36,972 nt of DNA from Corallochytrium limacisporum Hawaii. Taxonomy: Eukaryota > Protista > Pluriformea. The stretch covers positions 1 through 36,972 of the forward strand of contig PDIP01000040.1 in assembly GCA_002811645.1 (NCBI GenBank), written 5' to 3'. Shown in pieces: positions 30,309 through 36,972 of this stretch. The stretch's first letter is position 1; every line of letters begins with the position of its first letter. A program made the translations under genes and the position numbers. The notes below the pieces were generated by a model. That model saw only the letters and a list, made by a program, of their open reading frames with translations, made no database searches and was not told where the DNA came from.

Positions 30309-30643
30309 GTGGTGAATATATGTCAGTCAACACCATTTGAACAGATCTATTAGATCTATTGGGACAATTCTACAGGTTTTTCCCCCATTCAACGGGATCG
30401 GGTAATTACACAATAGCCTAATTGGCAAGGGACCTGTACTCGCTTCTCTGGATTTCTTCAGATGCGTACAAGTACAACGGGAGACAGGTGCCAAAAGATA
30501 CAGTATGAAGACACAGGAATAATCAGTAAACCGATTGTTTATTCTTTAAATTGATGTAATTAGAATGAAAAATTGATTTCTACATGATTTGTGCTCTTTT
30601 CTATCCACAGTTCAACTTCTCGTACACGAAGATATCTGGCCAC

Positions 30644-31813
30644 CTATGGAAACCACATACCCTCCTGATCCATGGCCAAGACTTCCTCCACACTATATAC
30701 GAGCACATTCATAGCATGCGTCACGATTACCAAGTGATTTTTGGGAACCTCAAGCCAGTCGAACCGATCGTATGTCAATGGCTCACTCGCAATGATGACA
30801 ATCTGCTCGCGACGATCTGACTTGAGCATGTGGTACTTGCCCTTCTCGTACTCCTCGAACCGCGTTCCAGAACTGTAGAACAGGCTAACAGGAGTCTCTT
30901 TGTCACTGTTAATGTACCGACTCGACACCACGGAAGTGCCATCGCTCAGTGCAAAGTTCAGTAGTGAGGGATGATCTGTGCCGGACCCCTCAGATAAGGC
31001 CACCGTGTGTTTGATTACCCGCGCCATGGCCAGGGCCATGATGCGCCAGTTCTCGGATTTTTCACGATCCTTAACGCCTGCCGCCTGCGGCACCTTGAAG
31101 CTCTGGGCATCGCCAACGGCACTTAGATCCACAGATCCAGCGGTGGGGGCGGAGACAATCGACGGTTCGCGGACCGCGAGCTGTGGTACAATGCTGTTGC
31201 TGCTGTTGCTGCTGTTACCACCACTGGTTGATATCGTGCGATGCAGGCAGTCACGGTGCTGGTGGTGGTGGTGATGAGCGCCTGAGGCACCTGATTTCTT
31301 GCTCTTCTGCTTGAGTAGGCTCTGCTCAATGTTGTCTATCTCTTGCATGTGCAATGCAAAGGCGTGCTCCGAGTCCGTCGATCCGGCAATCATATCGTAG
31401 AATTCTTCCCTCAGAGAGGCTTGTACTTTGCGTTTGATCTTCTGAAAGTTCGCAATTTCACCGTTGTGCATGAAAAGGTACTTATCAGACTGCCAAGGAT
31501 GGCAGTTGGTTTCCGAGGAAGGAGATCCTTGGGTGGCAGCCCGGACGTGGGCAAAAAACAGACGCGACTGAATCTTGTCACAAAGCCTGCGCAGATTCAG
31601 ATTACTCCACGCAGGTAGAACACTAGTAAAAATGCACGCCTCGTCATTTACGGCATCATCATACCAGCCGAGTCCAAAGCCGTCACCGTTGAGGGACCCC
31701 TGAAGGCGGAGTTTGCTATCGAAACTTTGCTTGATAATGGAATGGTCTGGTCTAGTGAGCAAATCACCAAGCAGAGTGGGGTACTTGCCCGTGTATATCA
31801 CGAAACGGCACAT
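30644..31813 (-). CDS. DUG3: Class II glutamine amidotransferase, Dug3-like
   Basis: Start MCRF (nucleophile Cys2, ATG 31813), NGDGFGLGWY, FAHVRAAT, NCHPW, FMHNG, GSTDSE, IIASEPLT. Low-complexity His/Ser insertion. Confidence 0.92.
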   Translation of the reverse strand: MCRFVIYTGKYPTLLGDLLTRPDHSIIKQSFDSKLRLQGSLNGDGFGLGWYDDAVNDEACIFTSVLPAWSNLNLRRLCDKIQSRLFFAHVRAATQGSPSSETNCHPWQSDKYLFMHNGEIANFQKIKRKVQASLREEFYDMIAGSTDSEHAFALHMQEIDNIEQSLLKQKSKKSGASGAHHHHHQHRDCLHRTISTSGGNSSNSSNSIVPQLAVREPSIVSAPTAGSVDLSAVGDAQSFKVPQAAGVKDREKSENWRIMALAMARVIKHTVALSEGSGTDHPSLLNFALSDGTSVVSSRYINSDKETPVSLFYSSGTRFEEYEKGKYHMLKSDRREQIVIIASEPLTYDRFDWLEVPKNHLVIVTHAMNVLVYSVEEVLAMDQEGMWFP

Positions 31814-32401
31814 GTTCACCTTATAATTTCTTCTGTATCTTTAATATCTGCCGTTCTCTGTGTCTGTCTCTTTCCCAACCGACACAACTCCCTGAGTATC
31901 GCTTTAGTAACTTTCTCACAAATCACTCTAACTCTTGCACCATGTCACTTCTTGTCTTCTAAATATTTCCATCACGGATCTAAAGCTGGGAACTGCGCCG
32001 TCCCAAATAGTCTGCTCTCCAATCCTTTGACATATCAAAGGTGGCATCAGAAAATAAGGACTATGAGCTGAATATCTCCCCACGGTCCGTTCTAGATTTC
32101 CGCCCCCCTCCACCTTGCCTGCTGCACCAATTTAGCAGGTGGGTTTCACAAGCCCCATCGCAGTGGGAAAGCCAGGCTGGTTTGCTGGCTAGTATATGCG
32201 GCTAGTTCAGTCAAGACAGTGCCTTAGATCAGTCAGCACCGCATACTCTGGGAGCTTAAAGCCTGAACTGAAGAGATGAATACATGACAATAAAAACCAC
32301 TCTGCAGAAATGAAGTAAACGGGCGGTGATGCCAGTTGAGGCTGGTGGACACTGCCGACATTCCGATCGAGAACAACGAAAAATCAGTCGAAAAGGAAGT
32401 C

Positions 32402-34714
32402 ATGCAGAAGGACGGCCGAGGACCAGAACAATGGTCAGCTTTAGTGCCATTAGAGCAGAAGAACACCTGTTCCATACATGAATGGTTTGTTGAAGAACCT
32501 AAAAAGCCTTCCGATGGACTAGAACTGTACGAAGTAAGTGGGAATGAGAAAGCATCTCGACGGTTGAGGGATGAAAGATTCCCAGGTTACCATGCCTTTC
32601 CACTCTATTCGAAACATAAGACGTTCGGGGCATTCTCGAAATCCTTTGACCCATACGTGAGCAAAAAGAATGGAATCACGTTTGACAAGATCAGGAGTAT
32701 GGACCCCTTCCCCGAAAGTGTGCCGCTTCGGAACCCTGATCAACGCTGGACTTGGCGCCTGGCGAGCCGACAATTGGAAAACAAACACAGGGTGGACGTT
32801 CTGGTCTTGGCGGATGTCCTTGGTGATGCTGTGGGTATCCAGGCATTAGTCGATCTTTTTTGTGCCAAGGGGTTGAAACACGATCTGGTACTGCACGTCG
32901 GTGACATAGTAGAGACACCGATTGGAACCATTGAGCGGGAACTGACGAGTTTGAAGGCGGAGAACTACCGCATTCGTGAAGAAACTGTACAAGCAATGGG
33001 GTCTTGTGATGATAATAGTCGATCGACACGTTCCCGGCGCCATCCACTGAACCAAGTCCAGGTTGATGTCGATGATATCCGTAACCGCGGTCTTTACCCA
33101 CTCGAAGACAGTGCTCTTCGTGAGGCACCGTACAGAAAACAGTTGTATGAGGATGAAGGATTGAAACATTACGGAAGAACCACAGGCATGTTGCGATTGT
33201 TGGAGGGCCTGGCACCTGTGGTGCTCTTTGGACCTCAGTCCTGCTTCGAACATCGCTTTGCAAACCCGCACTGGTGCGGTTGTGGGGAAGACGATGCCTC
33301 CAAATTTGAACAGGGGAGAGCACAACATCTAAGATTTGAATGTCCGTCTTCTGTGTGGATTGGCGATGGACTTACACCCGTGCGTAGTTCGCCTCTTCGG
33401 GGAGATGTCTATGACGTTTGTAGCGATAACGACGACGTTAATGACACTGATATCGGCGATGAAGCTGATGAAGGCGATGCTGGTGCAGGTGATACTCATG
33501 AAGATGATGCTGGTGCAGGTGATACTGTTGCAGGTGATCATGGCGCAGATACAGATATTAAAAAGGGAAAGAGTAGGAGGGTGTACGTTGCGGACGATGA
33601 CTATTTTCAACACGATAGAAGAAAGCCATACGTACTGCGCCAGACACCATTGGCACTGTATGAAGATTTGATGATCTTCCCCTTGCCTGGCGATCGCTTG
33701 GACAGGAGCATGCTAGAAGAAGGTATCCTTTACGACGCAACAGATCCAAGTCTTAGGCCTGGTAAACGCGAACGGGCGTCGGAGAGTGGTAAACCTAGAA
33801 GTCAGCGTCGCTCAATCGTTGAGTACTACATGCCCGTGCTGGCCCTGCAGTACGGCGCGGGCCTAGGTTATGACCCCACAGAGTGTCTGGGCCGCGAGAG
33901 GGAGCGAAATATCCCTGATATGGACTTACACGCACCGGAGGGTGTCAAGGACTTTAGTATGGGCAATACCCACCGCCTAGACTCAACACGTGGTGGACAG
34001 TGTATGGTGTTGGCTGTGCGGAGGAACCCACTTTCGCCGCGATTTGAACGGCCCAAATTCCGGCATGTTTTCTTGCCTCCGTTTCAACCCTTTTATCACT
34101 ATTTACGGCTGTCATTTGTGTTTGATGGCACCTACTGGGACGTGGACTGGGTGGATAAAGGCGAATCTGTCTATCCAACCACAGACAGCAGTCGCTTGAT
34201 GAAAGCTTTCAGCATGCAGAGCAATCGAGTCTCACGTATGTTCAGCGGAAGAGTACTACCGGATCTGCAGATCACCGCACCGTTAAGGATGTACCTGGAC
34301 CAGGCCTTCACTACTGACTACCTCTGGCAGTTCCTCAGACCCTATCCCAACACCATGGAGTACGTCCTGATATCGTACGCCCGATACGTACTGTACCGCC
34401 ACATGACCGAGGGGAAAATGTTACCCGCCGTGAATGATGCCTATTGGAAACTGCGCGACCACACTACCGTATCCACAATGATGAAATTGCAGGCGGCAGC
34501 CCACTACAAAGTCTATGGGCATCACCACCCTCTTGAGTGCATGACGTGGGATCCTCAATTTTGTGAAGAGTGGGAGAAGCAGGACAAACACTTTCAGGCT
34601 GAACGTGTAGTGTGCAATCGCGAGGATGATCTCATGGAACAAGATCCAGTGGTACATTGTGAGGACGACGACGATGATGACTTGTATGAAACTGCGGACG
34701 ATATGGAGGACTGA
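32402..34714 (+). CDS. Unknown 770-aa protein with degenerate metallophosphoesterase-like motifs and a possible Dpy-30/RIIa-like motif
   Basis: Long ORF with first ATG at 32402. VLVLADVLGD and DLVLHVGDIV resemble calcineurin-like motifs I and II (His missing). LRMYLDQ...RPYPNTMEYV near the C-terminus. Confidence 0.7.
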   Translation: MQKDGRGPEQWSALVPLEQKNTCSIHEWFVEEPKKPSDGLELYEVSGNEKASRRLRDERFPGYHAFPLYSKHKTFGAFSKSFDPYVSKKNGITFDKIRSMDPFPESVPLRNPDQRWTWRLASRQLENKHRVDVLVLADVLGDAVGIQALVDLFCAKGLKHDLVLHVGDIVETPIGTIERELTSLKAENYRIREETVQAMGSCDDNSRSTRSRRHPLNQVQVDVDDIRNRGLYPLEDSALREAPYRKQLYEDEGLKHYGRTTGMLRLLEGLAPVVLFGPQSCFEHRFANPHWCGCGEDDASKFEQGRAQHLRFECPSSVWIGDGLTPVRSSPLRGDVYDVCSDNDDVNDTDIGDEADEGDAGAGDTHEDDAGAGDTVAGDHGADTDIKKGKSRRVYVADDDYFQHDRRKPYVLRQTPLALYEDLMIFPLPGDRLDRSMLEEGILYDATDPSLRPGKRERASESGKPRSQRRSIVEYYMPVLALQYGAGLGYDPTECLGRERERNIPDMDLHAPEGVKDFSMGNTHRLDSTRGGQCMVLAVRRNPLSPRFERPKFRHVFLPPFQPFYHYLRLSFVFDGTYWDVDWVDKGESVYPTTDSSRLMKAFSMQSNRVSRMFSGRVLPDLQITAPLRMYLDQAFTTDYLWQFLRPYPNTMEYVLISYARYVLYRHMTEGKMLPAVNDAYWKLRDHTTVSTMMKLQAAAHYKVYGHHHPLECMTWDPQFCEEWEKQDKHFQAERVVCNREDDLMEQDPVVHCEDDDDDDLYETADDMED

Positions 34715-34835
34715 ATGACCTGAACTCGCACTAACATCGATTGGCAGGTTGAATACCACTAAGGCCATGTAAATGATAGCCTCTCTGTAGGATTTGGCTG
34801 GATGTAATCCATTGATTTATTGACTTATCTGATAG

Positions 34836-35490
34836 TTATATTACCAGCACCCCCCCAGCCGCATCCACTGCTGCCTTCATACCTTTGCAAATCGTGTCAC
34901 AGATAGGCTTGTGCTGCTTCCATGCACCGACTTGACATTCACGACCACAGTACCACGCTGTCGTGCAACGACTACAACTGTTAACGGCCTCCCCACAACA
35001 GCGATCACACTTGGGTGGATCCGGCAACAAGGCTTCGATTGCAGCTAAGTTATAACTCTGCGCAAGGATCTGCCCCTGCTGCTTCATCACAGATTGATCG
35101 TTCGGCTTGAAAACGGCGGTGAACTGCTGTTCAGCGGCTCTTTCGAATCCAGCGTTGCCCAAACTAAGCACTCTAGCCCGGACGTGCGGGAAACTTCCAA
35201 TAGTAGCGAACTCGACTCGCCAATGCTACCATGACTGCAATTTCGTCCATGTACCGTTAGAGGTCGACCAGCATGGGAATTTGTGAAGTCAGCACCTCAT
35301 TCATCGCCGACCGAACCTTGGACAAGGCTGATTTTCGTGTGTCGGTGAAAGTGTAGTATTTCTTCGCCTCTGGGTCGGAAAATCCAAGTTGACTCTTTCC
35401 TATAACTCTCGTCCCTGTTAGTGAAGCTCGACAGTCGGCGACCGTCCCTACCGGCCCAAACTGTCGGTCGCACCCGCTCCAGGGAGACCA
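34836..35490 (-). pseudogene. ZMYND10: 5'-truncated, disrupted ZMYND10 (BLU/DNAAF7) relic
   Basis: Colinear ZMYND10-like blocks: SPWS...DPEAKKYYTFTDTRKSALSKVRSAMNEVLTSQIPMLVDL*RYM / LLLEV / FPHVRARV...VFKP...AQSYNLAAIEALLPDPPKC followed by an intact MYND finger. In-frame TAA at 35257-35259 and two frameshifts at about 35190-35225. Confidence 0.8.
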
Positions 35491-35776
35491 GGCCTGTGAA
35501 GGCCCCTGGCTTTTTGCTCTGGTATATCCCCTGGTGATAAATGGGCCCCCAATTAAATCTTCATAGGGAAGCGGGTCACTGAGTATAAACCCTCGCCCCG
35601 GGGGGGGGGGCACAAGGAGGTGCGCTCTCTTGGTCTATGTGTGGTGAAATTGACTGACGCACAAGGAACGACTGCATACGTTGCATGACAGTGCAATCAT
35701 GTTGGAGTGCTCGTTCGTAATCAAAACAAGTAGAAGCAAAGGATGCCATCAATAAATCGTAAATGGATAGTCTATT

Positions 35777-36415
35777 TTACTCTTTCTTATCCTCTGATTG
35801 TCCACTGCTGCTAGAGTCCTTGGGCGAGTTCTGTTTGAAGCGCTGTGCCTCTGCTCGAATGGCATCAATGTAGGCCTTAACCGCACCATAGCTCAGCAGT
35901 CCGGCGTCCTCATCTTCATTCCTGGCTGTCTCACTATTGACTACGAATTCCTCTTGGTTGACAAACTGCACTGCTCGCCCCATGAGCAGGTCCTTTTTTA
36001 GTGCCCCAAACATGCGGCTGTCAACGTTGTCCATACCCGCGTCCGCAAAGACCCAATACTCTCCCTCACCGAGTTTTATCTCTGCATTCTGATCTTCGGT
36101 GGAGATCAGCTCATCTCCGGGCCCGGCCACGATGCGTCGAACGTGGATTTCTTTCAGGTTGTCTGGGTCCTTGTGTACTATCACGTCACCCGGATAAAAC
36201 GCTTCAACGTCCTCTGTTTTCCGCGCGTGCAAGACGTCTCCCTTGCCGATGTTGGGGACCATGGCATCTGTAGTCATCTTGACGCGGAATGTGTTGTTGA
36301 GCTCATCCATGAGCGCAGGGATTTGCTGCTCGGGAATGTTACCACGCAGCTCCAAGGCCTTACGCTGGAGACGGACGAAGCGGGTCCCCCGCTGGAAGCT
36401 CATCATTCCACCCAT
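35777..36415 (-). CDS. Mitochondrial IMP/peptidase S26-like protein, catalytically inactive
   Basis: S26 motifs TDAMVPN (catalytic Ser replaced by Ala), GDVIVHKDP, VRRIVAGPGD (catalytic Lys replaced by Arg), YWV...DSRMFG...GRA. First ATG at 36415. Confidence 0.85.
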   Translation of the reverse strand: MGGMMSFQRGTRFVRLQRKALELRGNIPEQQIPALMDELNNTFRVKMTTDAMVPNIGKGDVLHARKTEDVEAFYPGDVIVHKDPDNLKEIHVRRIVAGPGDELISTEDQNAEIKLGEGEYWVFADAGMDNVDSRMFGALKKDLLMGRAVQFVNQEEFVVNSETARNEDEDAGLLSYGAVKAYIDAIRAEAQRFKQNSPKDSSSSGQSEDKKE

Positions 36416-36972
36416 GACTATTGAACTGCTAGATTTAAAGATATGTAGACTCACACCTTTCCGATTGTTACATAGGTAAACGGTTCTAAATTCAGGTCAA
36501 ACGGGTTCCCTTGGCACTGGTTCTGTTCTCATTGCCTACCGAGGTATGTAATATTGCTTATCGTTCACATATACCTGTACAAATGTAGTACATGTAGACA
36601 GACAGCACTTTTTATTAGAATGAGCCTCCAAAAGGTAAACGTAAATCAGACTTTTGACCAGGGGATGCAAGTACTGTGACCGCTCCATACTGCCATGCGC
36701 ACCTTGGTGGGCCGCTGAAGTCCCCAAACCGAGTGGCACTCGTCATCTCGTGTCGGCCTCGCCCCTGTGCTGCAAGGAGGAGGTTTCGGTACATTCAATA
36801 TGGAAGTCATAGTGAACGTACCAGTTGGTGGAAAGGGAGGCCCTCGCCCTTGGCCAACACCTCCCGGCGCGAGGAGCGGGAGCGCAATTGGGTACCACCC
36901 TCTGTCTCATAATATTAGATCGAATCTATTCAAATCACATTCATTCGAATCCCGACCGCTGTGGCGGGAAAC

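Noticed and set aside
35257-35259. In-frame TAA in ZMYND10 as evidence for stop-codon reassignment
   Set aside because: Neighbouring genes end normally in TAA, and frameshifts accompany this stop, so pseudogenisation is the simpler explanation.
1-36972. Transposase, reverse transcriptase, rRNA or tRNA genes
   Set aside because: No such motifs, terminal repeats or cloverleaf structures were recognised by eye.

Overview
Eukaryotic, apparently intronless and gene-dense DNA that starts with a (CCCTAA)n telomere remnant, so this looks like the left end of a chromosome. The gene content points to an intron-poor opisthokont or holozoan protist (inference only). The window splits sharply in two. (1) From 1 to about 21.4 kb is a subtelomeric accessory block of secreted and surface genes, 7 of 8 transcribed toward the telomere. 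Two paralogous aerolysin/ETX-MTX2-like beta-pore-forming-toxin genes bracket the block. Between them lie three tandem paralogs of a novel leaderless two-domain Cys protein (one domain homogenised by gene conversion, the other hypervariable, with weak aegerolysin/Cry34-like spacing), a duplicated pair of CBM1/knottin-like Cys-rich genes (one soluble, one GPI-anchored), and a Cys-repeat type-I receptor with a tyrosine-motif tail. All seven telomere-pointing genes carry a TAYTTAA-type element 94-110 bp upstream of the ATG. (2) From about 22 to 37 kb are core genes: EAF6, a GST, a SENP6/7/Ulp2-like SUMO protease, an AIMP1/Arc1-like protein, a 56-aa COX6C/Cox9-like gene missing from the ORF track, DUG3, an unknown degenerate metallophosphoesterase-like protein, a disrupted ZMYND10 relic (axonemal dynein assembly factor), and a catalytically dead IMP/S26-like protein. 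All family calls are by-eye motif recognition; no searches were run.
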